Shown here: positions 9,406 through 19,705 of the stretch, in pieces
Numbering within the stretch: the stretch's first letter is position 1
How the letters are laid out: every line of letters starts with the position of its first letter
NCBI GenBank assembly: GCA_965240325.2
Contig: OZ251223.1
Coordinates: 1,364,001-1,428,000, forward strand
Direction of reading: 5' to 3'
Length of the DNA: 64,000 nt
DNA from: Rebecca billardiae RCC1528
Lineage: Eukaryota; Protista; Haptophyta
Position numbers and translations under genes: made by a program
Notes under the pieces: model-generated
Told to the model about the DNA's origin: nothing
What the model saw: only the letters and a program-made list of their open reading frames with translations
Databases searched by the model: none

Positions 9406-11390
9406 TGGTTGTATAACCGCTCGGTTATGCGGGTATAACTCACCGGTAGCCCTCATGAGGGCGGGCTGGCAGCCAGGGTCCGGCTGCCTGGAGGTTTTCC
9501 GGTCGTCAAGCCGAGCCAGGCCCGGATTGGGCGCGGGTCTGGATTTGCTCAGCAGCTGCTCGGCAAGCGATGCGCATCTGGGTGCGGCCGCGCTCGCTGG
9601 CTGCACCCGCGGCGCTGCGGCCGGCGTGGCTGCTCTGGTCACCGCTGCGCTGGTGGCTGCTCCTCCTCTGGGAGTTGTTTCTTCCAGGTGCGTGTGCGTC
9701 GGCGGTAGGCCGCCCTCAGCCCTCGCTCTCTCCACTCGTGCACCTGCCCTGCTTGCTCTCTGCTTTCGATGGGGGCGCCTCGGAGCCGCTTCGAGGCGTC
9801 CCCGTCTGCAATCTTCTCATGCTCTATCTGCTTTCGATGGGGGCGCCTCGGAACCGCTTCGAGGCGTCCCCGTCTGCAATCTATCTTCTCATGCTCTGCT
9901 TTCGATGGGGGTGCCTCGGAACCGCTTCGAGGCGTCCCCGTCTGCAATCTTCTCATGCTCTGCTTTCGATGGGGGCGCCTCGGAACCGCTTCGAGGCGTC
10001 CCCGTCTGCAATCTTCTCATGCTCTGCTTTCGATGGGGGCGCCTGGGAACCGCTCCCAGGCGTCCCCGTCTGCAATCTTCTCACGCTTCGCAGTCTCGCT
10101 TGCCTTCATCGCCTGGCGGGTGGGTGCTGCTCTCTCCTTCTCTGCCGCCTCCTCTGCAGTCTGCCGTGCACTGCTGTGTGTGGGATGCGACCTGCTACCT
10201 TATCTGACGCTACGCGTGCGTGTCTCGCGCCTGCTTCCCGCCTGCGCAGCCGCCGCCGCGCATGTCTTCGTGCCCACTGTCGCATGCCGTCTGGATCGTC
10301 CTTACTCATACAACCCTGCGGGGAGCCCCTCTGGGCCTCTGCCGCCTTCGGTCCTCGCGCTACCCCTTCGGCGGCCTCGGCCTCTTCGGGCCCCCGGCCA
10401 CCACCCCTGCGGGGTGTGGCATTCCACACCTCCTTCTGGGTGGAGGCCCTCGAGGCCTCTGCCTCCTGGGGCGCCGCGCTCTGCCCAAACTTGCGTTGGG
10501 GGGGGGGGGGGGGGGGTCGGCTGCCAGCGCCTGCGGTCTACGTGCTCCATCGAGTACTTCCTCTTCGGCGTCTAGGCGGTCATCGGCTTCTGTCGGCGTA
10601 GTTGCTCGAATGCATCGGCGAGTCCTTCCTGGTCGGCGTCGCATCCTGGACGGCTTCGGGGGTGTGACCTAGTCACCTCACGCGTTTATCAACGCGGCCC
10701 CCACCTCAATCTACTCTCATGTGGGTCTACCGAGTGAGTTATGGTTGTATAACCGCTCGGTTATGCGGGTATAACTCACCGGTAGCCCTCATGAGGGCGG
10801 GCTGGCAGCCAGGGTCCGGCTGCCTGGAGGTTTTCCGGTCGTCAAGCCGAGCCAGGCCCTGATTGGGCGCGGGTCTGGATTTGCTCAGCAGCTGCTCGGC
10901 AAGCGATGCGCATCTGGGTGCGGCCGCGCTCGCTGGCTGCACCCGCGGCGCTGCGGCCGGCGTGGCTGCTCTGGTCACCGCTGCGCTGGTGGCTGCTCCT
11001 CCTCTGGGAGTTGTTTCTCCCTGCCCTCCCACCCTGCTGGTTGCTGGGTGGGCATGGCCTTGGGTGCGCGCGGTGTCGGGGGGGTGGAGGCCCTCGAGGC
11101 CTCTGCCTCCTGGGGCGCCGCGCTCTGCCCAAACTTGCGTTGGGGGGGGGGGGGGGGGGGGGCGTCGGCTGCCAGCGCCTGCGGTCTACGTGCTCCATCG
11201 AGTACTTCCTCTTCGGCGTCTAGGCGGTCATCGGCTTCTGTCGGCGTAGTTGCTCGAATGCATCGGCGAGTCCTTCCTGGTCGGCGTCGCATCCTGGACG
11301 GCTTCGGGGGTGTGACCTAGTCACCTCACGCGTTTATCAACGCGGCCCCCACCTCAATCTACTCTCATGTGGGTCTACCGAGTGAGTTAT
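9406..11390 (-). mobile_element. Tandem dimer of a non-autonomous element with asymmetric inverted repeats and terminal hairpin (Helitron2/Helentron-like, family A); units 9406-10741 and 10742-11390
   Basis: Head-to-tail direct repeat of both ends. Hairpin gtataaccg/cggttatgc at 9411-9430. Imperfect IR ataactcaccggtagccctcatgag (9435-9459) versus ctcatgtgggtctaccgagtgagttat (10716-10742). Both units contain poly-G tracts. No transposase ORF. Confidence 0.6.
9761..10085 (+). repeat. Five tandem 64-68 bp units, each with a 17-bp stem-loop
   Basis: Units start at about 9761, 9829, 9897, 9961 and 10025. Stem gatgggggcgcctcgga / ttcgaggcgtccccgtc. Confidence 0.92.
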
Positions 11391-11689
11391 GAGTTGTGAC
11401 TCGGTCGGGAAAGGCGGGCGGACTTCGTCGGCGCTTTGGGCCCGAGTGTGTGAATCATTTGCAACGGAAGGTCAGCATTTATAATAATTATTAAATTACG
11501 TGGCCGCCGGAAGATCTTCATCTTGGCCGGGATTTCAGCCTTTGATGAGATTTGAGGATGTTTGGTCCACCAAAGGACCATGTCCAACCGCCCTTGTTTG
11601 GTCCCATCTCCCAGGATCCTGGCCGGAGACTGATGATGAGATCTCTCAAGCGCAGAGGAAGCGCGAGCACGGCGGTTGACTGACCCGCC

Positions 11690-14275
11690 ATGGGGGCGGT
11701 TGTCGACGCCGCCGGCGCGCCGGCGTCGCGCGACGACTTCGAGGTGCTGGCAAAGATCGGGCAGGGGGCGTTCGGCGCGGTGTACAAGGCGAAGCGGCGC
11801 GCCGACGGCGCGCTGCGCGTGCTCAAGTCGATCGAGGTCGTCGGCCTCTCGCGCAAGGAGCAGGAGGACGCGCTGAACGAGGTGCGCATCCTCGCCTCGC
11901 TCGCGCACGCGCACATCGTGCGGTACGACGACTCGTTCGTGGACGGCACGAGCATGCACATCGTGATGGAGTACTGCGCCCACGGCGACGTGCGCCACGC
12001 GCTCGAGGCGCGGCAGGGCAAGCTGCTGCCCGAGCCCACCGTGTGGCGCTGGCTGCTGCAGGTGCTGCTCGGCCTGCGGTACGTGCACGCGCGGCGCGTG
12101 CTGCACCGCGACCTGAAGACGCTCAACCTCTTCCTCGTGGACGAGCACACCGTGCGGATCGGCGACTTCGGCGTCGCGCGGCTGATGGGCACGCACACCG
12201 ACTTTGCGCGCACGATGGTCGGCACACCGTATTACCTGAGCCCTGAGCTGTGTGAGAATCGGCCGTACGGCGAGAAGAGCGACATGTGGGCGGTGGGCGT
12301 GATCCTGTACGAGCTGTGCACGCTGCGCCACCCGTTCGACGCGCACAACCAGGGCGCGCTCATCCTCAAGATCCTGCGTGGCAAGTACCCGCCGCCGCCT
12401 GACACGTATTCACGGCCGCTGCGCGAGCTTGTGCGGCTGCTGCTGCACAGACGAGAGGAGCGCCGCCCCGCCGCGGCGGCGCTGCTGGCGCACGCGCACG
12501 TGCGCGCAAAGGCGCGCGAGCTGGGCGTCGATCTCGACGAGGACGGCAGCTTTGGCCGCGGGGGCGCCGCCGCAACCGCCGCCGCGGCCGTGGACGCGCC
12601 GCCGCCGCAGCCGCAGCCGCAGCCGCAGCCGCCGCAGCCGCAGCAGCCGCCGCGCCCGCAGCCGCCGCGCACAGGGGGCGCGAGCGCGCTGCCCGCAGCT
12701 CCGCGCGCGGCGGTGGTCGCGGCGGCGGGCGGCGGGGCGGGGGGCGCGGAGTGCGCGTGCGCTGCGGCATCCGGCGCGCTGCCGCAGCTCCCGCGCCCCG
12801 TGCGCGCCGCGGCGGCCGCCGCACGGCACAGCGGGCCGTTGCCGGCCAGCGGCGCGCGCGCACACGCGCGCGCGCACGTGGGCGGCAACCGCGTGCGCAG
12901 GCTGGGCGGCCCGGGCGGGCTAGAGCACCCGTCGACGCGGCGCGCGGCCGCGGCGGCGCGCGCGGTGCCGGCCGGCCGGCCGGCCCCGCAGCAGCCGCGC
13001 GCCGTGCCCTTCGCCCGCCCGCCGGGCGGCCGGCGTGCGCAGTGGAATGCACAAGGGGCGATCCCGCCAGACGCGGCCGGAGGCGGCGCCGCGGCGCCGC
13101 GCGCGAGCGGCGGTGCGAGCGGCGGGGGCGTGCGCGCGGCGGCAGCGGCGCTCGGCATCGAGCCAGGCCCGCGTCCCGCCCGGCCCACCGTCGCGCAGCT
13201 CCAGGCCATCGAGCGCGGCGAGGCGCCGCCCGGACTTTTTGTGCCGCCCCAGCCCACGCGCGCGCCGGACGGCAGCGCGGCCGCTGAGGAGGTGGCCGCG
13301 GTGCGCGCGCTCTCGTCGGGGCGCGCGGGCGAGGGCGGCGCGCTGGCGGAGACGGTGTCGACGCTCGCCGCGACGGCGCTCGATGGCCCCGCCCCCGCCG
13401 TCGCCGAGCGCCGCCGCTCCCGCGACGACATCTTGTCGGACGCGCGCGCGGCAGCGGCGCGCGCGCTCGCCTCCGCGGCAGCAGCCGACGACGACGACGG
13501 CAGCGATGGGCCGTCGGCGGCGCAAGGCGGCAGCGGCGACGAGGCGCTGGACGAGGAGGACGGGTGGAGCGAGGGGGCGGAGGACGAGGCTGGCGACGCC
13601 GAGCAGAGCGACGAGGGCCACGACGCCGCCGCCGACGCGTGGCACGGCACACGAGGCCTCGCCGCCGCGGAGGTTGGCGTCCATTGGCGGGTCTTGAATG
13701 GCGCCTCCGCCGAGTCGGGAGAGGGCGGCGGCGCGGCGGCCGGCGCGCGGCGCGCGCGCGGAGCCGACGGCAGCGGCTGGGCGAGCGGCGGCGACGACGA
13801 GCTGCTGGGCGAGGCAGAGCCGAGCGCGCCGGCCTTCCCCCTCGACGGCGGCGACGCCGACGTGCCGATGCGCAGCCCCACCCATGGCGAGCGCTCGCTC
13901 GGACCGTATGACCACGAGGAGGAGGAGGCCGAGGCCGACGGCTGGGCGGACGACGACACTTCGCCCGAGCCGCCCTCCGGTGTGTACGCTGCCGAGCTCG
14001 AGGCGCGCGCCGCGGAGCTCCGGCGCGCGTGCGTCGAGGCGGTGTCCGCCGAGACGTTCGCCGAGCTGTATGGATACTTCAAGGCGCGCACCGACGCCGA
14101 CGCCGGCGCAGCAGACGGCGGCGCCGCGCCCGGCCTCGACGCGTCCGAGCGCTCGTCAGACGAGCTGGTCGCGTTTGTGTACGAGCGCATCCCGGTGCAC
14201 AAGTCGGAGACGATCACCAAGATCTTCCAGCTGCTCTTCCTCGAGGACGAGATCCGAGAGGCCCACGGCGCGTGA
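11690..14275 (+). CDS. NIMA-related (NEK) Ser/Thr protein kinase with long low-complexity C-terminus
   Basis: IGQGAFG, ALNEVRILASL, HRDLKTLNLFL, IGDFGVAR, VGTPYYLSPELCENRPYGEKSDMWAVG, and a NEK-like C-terminal helical tail (ELYGYFK...IFQLLFLE). Confidence 0.93.
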   Translation: MGAVVDAAGAPASRDDFEVLAKIGQGAFGAVYKAKRRADGALRVLKSIEVVGLSRKEQEDALNEVRILASLAHAHIVRYDDSFVDGTSMHIVMEYCAHGDVRHALEARQGKLLPEPTVWRWLLQVLLGLRYVHARRVLHRDLKTLNLFLVDEHTVRIGDFGVARLMGTHTDFARTMVGTPYYLSPELCENRPYGEKSDMWAVGVILYELCTLRHPFDAHNQGALILKILRGKYPPPPDTYSRPLRELVRLLLHRREERRPAAAALLAHAHVRAKARELGVDLDEDGSFGRGGAAATAAAAVDAPPPQPQPQPQPPQPQQPPRPQPPRTGGASALPAAPRAAVVAAAGGGAGGAECACAAASGALPQLPRPVRAAAAAARHSGPLPASGARAHARAHVGGNRVRRLGGPGGLEHPSTRRAAAAARAVPAGRPAPQQPRAVPFARPPGGRRAQWNAQGAIPPDAAGGGAAAPRASGGASGGGVRAAAAALGIEPGPRPARPTVAQLQAIERGEAPPGLFVPPQPTRAPDGSAAAEEVAAVRALSSGRAGEGGALAETVSTLAATALDGPAPAVAERRRSRDDILSDARAAAARALASAAAADDDDGSDGPSAAQGGSGDEALDEEDGWSEGAEDEAGDAEQSDEGHDAAADAWHGTRGLAAAEVGVHWRVLNGASAESGEGGGAAAGARRARGADGSGWASGGDDELLGEAEPSAPAFPLDGGDADVPMRSPTHGERSLGPYDHEEEEAEADGWADDDTSPEPPSGVYAAELEARAAELRRACVEAVSAETFAELYGYFKARTDADAGAADGGAAPGLDASERSSDELVAFVYERIPVHKSETITKIFQLLFLEDEIREAHGA

Positions 14276-14919
14276 GCTCAGAGCTGTCAGCGAGCAGAGG
14301 CAGACGTCGGATTATCAGATGCCATCGCGTGATGATGAGACAGAGTCACACATGCTGCTGAGATGTATGAGGCGTCGTCGTAGTCCGCCTAGTCCGAGTA
14401 GTCGACTAAGGATCGTACGGCCACACTCACAGCTAGCAGTACGGTCACTACTCTGATTCGAGTCTGACTAACTGACGGTGGCTCTCTCCGCGCTGCTCTG
14501 GCTCCGGCTCCGCCCCCCCCCCTCCAGCTCCGTTACGTCATTGGCCCCGAGCCGAAGTCAACGGGTAGAGAGACGCATCGGGTAGTAGTACCCGCACGCG
14601 CACTCACTACTGCTCGATCCGCCCGACATTGGCCATGCACGCGCAGGCGTGCTCTCAACTGCCCGGGCTGGCCGAGCACGCAGCAGGCAAGCGGCGACAA
14701 GGACAGGTGTGGGCACGTCAGCAAGGTGTCGGAGCGTCTCCGGCACACGGGCACACCTCCCACGAGACCATCTACGCCACCCCGCCCTCGCTGTCGGGAC
14801 GCCCTACCGTGCGTACACGCGCAAGGCACGCGGGGCACGCACGTGCGGCAGCCATCGAGCCGTCGGCGGGGACAATGTACAATAATTGCGCCATGCAATT
14901 TCGGACCCCCCCCCGCTTC

Positions 14920-16074
14920 ATGGCCTCATCGCCTACGATGGCGGCGCCTATCCATGCTACTAGTATCGTGCTGCTGAGCTGTGCCTGCCTGGCTGAGCCC
15001 GACGTCCTCCTCATTGGCTCGCACCACAAGACTGGCACGGCCTTGATGCGAGGCATGCTTCGTCCGAAGCAGGTGGAAACCTCCGCCCGGCTGATCAACG
15101 TAACCTGCAAGGTCATCCCAGGAAGGAGGGTCAAGCACGAGGCGGAGTTGACGCCGACAATAAATGCAGCCCGTCTCTCGCGCCTGAAGGACGACGCATC
15201 TGCGCCCGATGTGACTGTCTTCTCGATGTCCAACCTCTCGCCGTTCCAGACGCCGACGCCATCGGAAGTGCGCCCGTGCGTGGTGCACATGACGCGAGAC
15301 CCGATCGAGCAGGCCGTCTCCGCGTACCTCTACCACGAGCGGGTCGGCGCTGAGAACCTGGCACAGGCTGCGCGCGCGGGCGTCGCAATCGAAGACTACT
15401 GGCAGACTTCTGGCAAAGGTCCACTGGAAGGCTGGATGCACAACACGAGGTGGCGGGCCCCATGTGCCGCAGCGGGCGCCGTGAGTGGCGACGCGAGTGC
15501 ACTGCAGGTCAACATTTCGCTCTTCGAGCTGAACAGGCGCGCGACTCGACTCGCTGGCCCCGAGGCGGGCGTCCTGTGCGAGCTCGAGGGGCGCACGTAT
15601 GGCGCAGTGCGTAGTATGGCGGCGACGGCTCTGTCGTTGCGCGCGTACGAGCGCGCCGTCAACGTCGACCTCAGCGATTGGGCGGTGGACGCGAGCGCCA
15701 TCGCGGCACGGGTCGCGCGCGTCTGCGCCGCGCCGGGGAGCCGGCTGGTGGAGTTCTTCAACGCCACCGTCCAGCAAGCCGCGGACAACGGGCTCTTCGG
15801 CAAAACGGGCGGACTGCATGTGAACTCACAGCATTCGCTCGCGTCGCGGCTGGCCGCGTTCCTGCGCGCGGGCGATTTGTCGGCCGTGGCGCAGCGGCTG
15901 CCGGCGGAGAACGCGCGCGCGCTCGAGCAGGTCTACGTGGACTTCATGCAGGTCGCGAAGTGCTTCTACGAGGTGCGCACGCCTCTCAACTTGCGGCAGC
16001 AACGTGCGCACACGCGAGCGAGCCTGCAACCGCCCGAGATGTGCCCGCCCGATGTGATCAGTGCCGCCAGTTAG
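14920..16074 (+). CDS. Secreted/Golgi sulfotransferase-fold protein, paralog A
   Basis: Hydrophobic N-terminus, PAPS-binding-like motifs GSHHKTGT and RDPIEQAVSAYLYH. Close paralog at 44233. Start could be 14876-14938. Confidence 0.75.
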   Translation: MASSPTMAAPIHATSIVLLSCACLAEPDVLLIGSHHKTGTALMRGMLRPKQVETSARLINVTCKVIPGRRVKHEAELTPTINAARLSRLKDDASAPDVTVFSMSNLSPFQTPTPSEVRPCVVHMTRDPIEQAVSAYLYHERVGAENLAQAARAGVAIEDYWQTSGKGPLEGWMHNTRWRAPCAAAGAVSGDASALQVNISLFELNRRATRLAGPEAGVLCELEGRTYGAVRSMAATALSLRAYERAVNVDLSDWAVDASAIAARVARVCAAPGSRLVEFFNATVQQAADNGLFGKTGGLHVNSQHSLASRLAAFLRAGDLSAVAQRLPAENARALEQVYVDFMQVAKCFYEVRTPLNLRQQRAHTRASLQPPEMCPPDVISAAS

Positions 16075-16354
16075 CGGGGCGGCCCGCGACGCCGGCGGGC
16101 CGCGGCCGGTATCGAGGGGGGCGGCGCGACGCCGTGCGCGGTGCGGGCGGCATGCCAGTGACCGCACTCTGGTGGGCCGTGGTGGCGCTCACACTCTGCG
16201 GTCCCGGGCGACAAATAGTCTCGATCGCGGATAGTACGACTCATGGCAGCAGCTCCGACCCACTGTCCCACATACAGTATGGGCTCACTGCCCCGTGGCA
16301 CTGTCTGACACTGATTCCGGCCGGCTACCGGAAATGCGGAATATGCCGGATCGG

Positions 16355-16467
16355 GGTTTGAGGTTGGGTGAGGGTGGTGGTTGGTTGGGGGCTGGCCAGG
16401 GTAGGGCTGGAGGCTTCGGCCGCCAGTCTGATCACCCGGAGCCCGTTATAAAGGGGAATTTAAAAAA
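16355..16467 (+). repeat. Dispersed G-rich repeat with cUUCGg hairpin, copy 1 (family C)
   Basis: Near-identical to 18963-19148, 19595-19704 and the reverse complement of 25648-25793. Ends in ggggaatttaaaaaa. Confidence 0.85.
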
Positions 16468-16536
16468 GGTGATGGATAGATGATCGATCCGGTTGAAGCG
16501 GCTTGTTCAGACAGTCAGGCACCATACTTTCCACTT

Positions 16537-16571
16537 ACAGTTTACTAAGAATAAGAGACGCACACAGCTCA
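16537..16571 (+). repeat. Short dispersed motif acagtttactaagaataagagacgcacacagctca (family D); also at 22519-22566 and 26013-26068
   Basis: Three same-strand copies. The third has a 7-bp insertion. Confidence 0.8.
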
Positions 16572-16642
16572 ACCCTGGCTCAACAGTAATCACGATGTCG
16601 ATGGCTGCCGACTAAACACGCACGTCGACTGCTCGTGCCACG

Positions 16643-18754
16643 ATGGACCCGGACGCGTGGCTGCTGGAGGCCGTGAACGCGGACCCACACGGCTACACGC
16701 GATGCGTGCGCATCGTCGCATCGCCGCAGTCTGGCGGCGGGCGCTGCGTCCTCACAACACAGCGCGTCCGCGCGGGCGAACCTTTGCTTGCCGAGCGGCC
16801 GACGCTCGCGTGCCCAGAGCCCCGCCCGGGCGAGTCCATGCACGTCGCGTTTGCTCGGGCGGTGCTCAGCCTGGCACACGTGTGCGATGTAGGACAGACG
16901 CCTGAGGCTGCCGACCCCGCTGTCCGCCGGCTACTCTCGGCGCTGCATCCGCGAACGGCGGCCGATGCACGGTGCGTGCTCGGGGCGTGCGCCGCGGCCG
17001 CGCGCGCGGCGCTCGAGCGAGATGTGGACGCGCTCGAGCGCGAGCTGAGCAGCGCAGGCGTGCGCTTCGAGCGCGTGTACGTGCTGCAGACGCTGCTCCA
17101 GATGCGCATGAACGCCTTCCGCTCCGGGCTGTACGGCGCCCTCTCGATGATCAACCACTCGTGCGCACCGTCCGCGACCAAGCTCGACCCAGCCGCCGAC
17201 GCGCGCGGTCGCTCGCGCGTGCACGCGCTGCGAGACCTGGCGGAAGGGGAGGAGGTGACGATCTGCTACCTGCCGAGCCCGCTCGTGTGCGAGCCCGCGG
17301 CGCGCGCGTGCCTCGTCGAGCAGCACCACTTCCGCCCGGCCGACCACCCGCACGCGGCCTCCGCGCGTGCGCTCGAGCTCGCGAGTGCCGAGGGCGAGGG
17401 CGAGGGGTGCTCGCCTACGCCGCAGAGCGCAGCGGCACGCGAGGCCGCGGCGAGCGTCAAGCGTACCCTGATGCAGCTGGAGCGCGAGCTCGAAGACGCC
17501 GCGGCCGAGCTCGACGATCTCACCCGTGCGCCCACCGCCGCGTCGGAGCGCAGCGCGCGTGCGTGGCGCGCCCTCGGCAACAGGCTGTCTGCGCTGGCGG
17601 GGGCCGCGGGCGCCACGGGTACCGCCGCGGGTGCAGAGGGCGCAGCGGGCGCGGCGCAGGGCGCCGGCATGGCGGGATGGGCGGAGCGCGAGGCCCGCGG
17701 CGAGGATACGAACGGCCGCACGTGCTTGCCAGGCGCAGCTGCGCTCGCAGCGGCGCCGGCTGCCTCGGTCGAGCGAGGCACGGTCACACCAGCCGACCCG
17801 GACGGGCCCCGGAGGAGCCTAGCCACGCAGCCTGGGCTGGAGCGCGCGGCCTGGGAGGCGCTGGGCGGGTGGCTGACAGCCGCGCGTGCGCAGCTGCTGC
17901 ACGCGCGCGCGCTGAGCGAGGGGCTGCGCGCGGGCGCGTTCGGCTCGGCGGGCGCCGAGCGCGTTGAGAGCGCATGCGCGCTGCTCGGCGCGTGTCTCTC
18001 TCTCAACCGCGCGTATGCTCGGCTGCTTGGCGCGCACCCGCGCTCGGGCGCGGGCGCGGGCGCGTGCGTGCTGCTGCTCCCGCCCCCCAAGCGCGCGGCG
18101 GGCGAGGCCGCCGCGCCCTCCCGGCTGCTCAGCGCGCACTGCCTCGGCGGCCACTACGAGGAGCTCGCGCACGCGATCGGTGACCTGCTCGCGCACGCGC
18201 CGCGCCGGCTGTGCGCGCAGTTTGGCGCGTGCTGGGCCAGCCCGGGCCAGGCGGCGCGGGAGCACGCCGAGCTGCTGCGCGCTGCTGAGGCCGTCCACGC
18301 CCTCTACTCGGCCGACGAGCCCGGCGGCGGCGGCACGGCGCGCGGGAGTGCTCAGGGCGTGCCGCCGCGCTCCGGCGGCATGGCGTCGGCACGCGCGCCG
18401 AGCGCTCCCGACAGCGGCGGCGCGCGTGCCACCGCCCACGCGTGGCTCGCACACAAAGCGCCTGCAGGGGCGGCGTCAGAGCGTGCTGCCTTCGGCGTGG
18501 GCGCTGCCGCTCCGGCCGGTCCTGCGGCTGCACGCCCGGGCAGCACGGGCTGCGCCGGTGGCGGGCCCGTGGGCGCCCCGCCGTCCCTGGGCGATGCCGG
18601 TGTGTGCCCGGCTGCAGGCTTCCCGTCCTCGAGCGCGGGGCCTGCGGTGTGGCCAGGCGGCACGGGGCGTGACGCGGCGCCGTCAGATGGCGCGCCGCTC
18701 CGAACAGGCGCCGCGCTTCCTGCAGATGACACGGCCTGGGACGTCTTCGCATGA
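16643..18754 (+). CDS. SET-domain (SMYD-like) lysine methyltransferase
   Basis: GGRCVLTTQRVRAGEPLLAE, NAF..GLY...SMINHSCAPS, ALRDLAEGEEVTICY. Confidence 0.85.
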   Translation: MDPDAWLLEAVNADPHGYTRCVRIVASPQSGGGRCVLTTQRVRAGEPLLAERPTLACPEPRPGESMHVAFARAVLSLAHVCDVGQTPEAADPAVRRLLSALHPRTAADARCVLGACAAAARAALERDVDALERELSSAGVRFERVYVLQTLLQMRMNAFRSGLYGALSMINHSCAPSATKLDPAADARGRSRVHALRDLAEGEEVTICYLPSPLVCEPAARACLVEQHHFRPADHPHAASARALELASAEGEGEGCSPTPQSAAAREAAASVKRTLMQLERELEDAAAELDDLTRAPTAASERSARAWRALGNRLSALAGAAGATGTAAGAEGAAGAAQGAGMAGWAEREARGEDTNGRTCLPGAAALAAAPAASVERGTVTPADPDGPRRSLATQPGLERAAWEALGGWLTAARAQLLHARALSEGLRAGAFGSAGAERVESACALLGACLSLNRAYARLLGAHPRSGAGAGACVLLLPPPKRAAGEAAAPSRLLSAHCLGGHYEELAHAIGDLLAHAPRRLCAQFGACWASPGQAAREHAELLRAAEAVHALYSADEPGGGGTARGSAQGVPPRSGGMASARAPSAPDSGGARATAHAWLAHKAPAGAASERAAFGVGAAAPAGPAAARPGSTGCAGGGPVGAPPSLGDAGVCPAAGFPSSSAGPAVWPGGTGRDAAPSDGAPLRTGAALPADDTAWDVFA

Positions 18755-18962
18755 CGACGGTCACGGACACGGTGTAACTACATGCCCTGACGAGGGCATC
18801 ATCGTGATGCCCCCCTCAGGTGGGCACGGCATGAGTCCGTCCGTACGCGGAAGGTTGCTGCAAGCTGCTGAGCCGGAGGGCAGGCGGGTGCGGCCTGCCT
18901 GCTGCGGCAACTTCCGCCAATCGCAATGGCCGACGACGGTGCATGCACTCTTGTCCGCACAG

Positions 18963-19148
18963 TGGAGTGGTGTCATCAAGGCACTTGGTGTCTCGGTCAG
19001 TGGTTTGAGGTTGGGTGGGGTGGTTGTTGGTTGGGGCCTGGCCAGGGTAGGGCTGGAGAGTGGAGGCTTCGGCCGCCAGTGACCAGTCTGAGGCACCCGC
19101 GGAGCCCGTTAATTAAATGCGCGCGTTATAAAGCGGGGAATTTAAAAA
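18963..19148 (+). repeat. Family C repeat, copy 2 (decayed by small insertions)
   Basis: Alignable to the other copies with several 3-15 bp insertions. Confidence 0.85.
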
Positions 19149-19594
19149 CTCTGTGAGTCGACGAGTTCGGCGGGCCCGGGCCGGCTACACCCATGCCTAT
19201 GCTGGCATGGCCGCTCCAATCTGCCACCCCAATATTAGCTCGCCACGATCGGTGCGTCCGTCGGACAATGTCACTGAATGTGTCGACACATGGGGCCCCT
19301 GAGTCTGAGCGGCAGGCCGCCAGCGGCAGGCAGTCACGCTGGTAACGGAGCTCACAACGGCCTTGCACAGTCGGACACTGGCGCACAGGCTACACAGCCA
19401 CCTGCCAGCTCTGATAGGCCCCAGGCAGCCCCCAGGCGCAGGCTGCCTTCCCCGCGTCAAGCTCAGCAAGACAGCCCCCTGCCCAAACGACACTGCCCAC
19501 CCCACTCATTTCATCTATGATTACGATAAACGTCTATGATGATTACGATAAAGGTTATCGTAATCATACTGATGAAATGAGTACGGTACCGTAC

Positions 19595-19704
19595 GTGTCT
19601 CGGTCAGTGGTTTGAGGTTGGGTGAGGGTGGTGGTTGGTTGGGGGCTGGCCAGGGTAGGGCTGGAGGCTTCGGCCGCCAGTCTGATCACCCGGAGCCCGT
19701 TATA
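19595..19704 (+). repeat. Family C repeat, copy 3 (truncated at the TIR element boundary)
   Basis: Matches the other copies up to cccgttata, then runs directly into the 19706 TIR. Confidence 0.85.
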
Positions 19705-19705
19705 T

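Noticed and set aside
9761-10085. CRISPR array
   Set aside because: The linkers between hairpins are constant rather than unique spacers, there are no cas genes, and the context is eukaryotic.
9398-11320. ORFs of 100-340 aa across the family A repeats
   Set aside because: Overlapping frames over tandem repeats and poly-G tracts, with no domain or codon signal.
12232-14220. Long antisense ORFs opposite real genes (NEK, P2X, MER3, sulfotransferase, GH5)
   Set aside because: Expected shadow frames in high-GC3 coding DNA.
16400-16450. Hammerhead ribozyme in the family C repeat
   Set aside because: It has ctgatca rather than the CUGANGA core and no properly placed GAAA.
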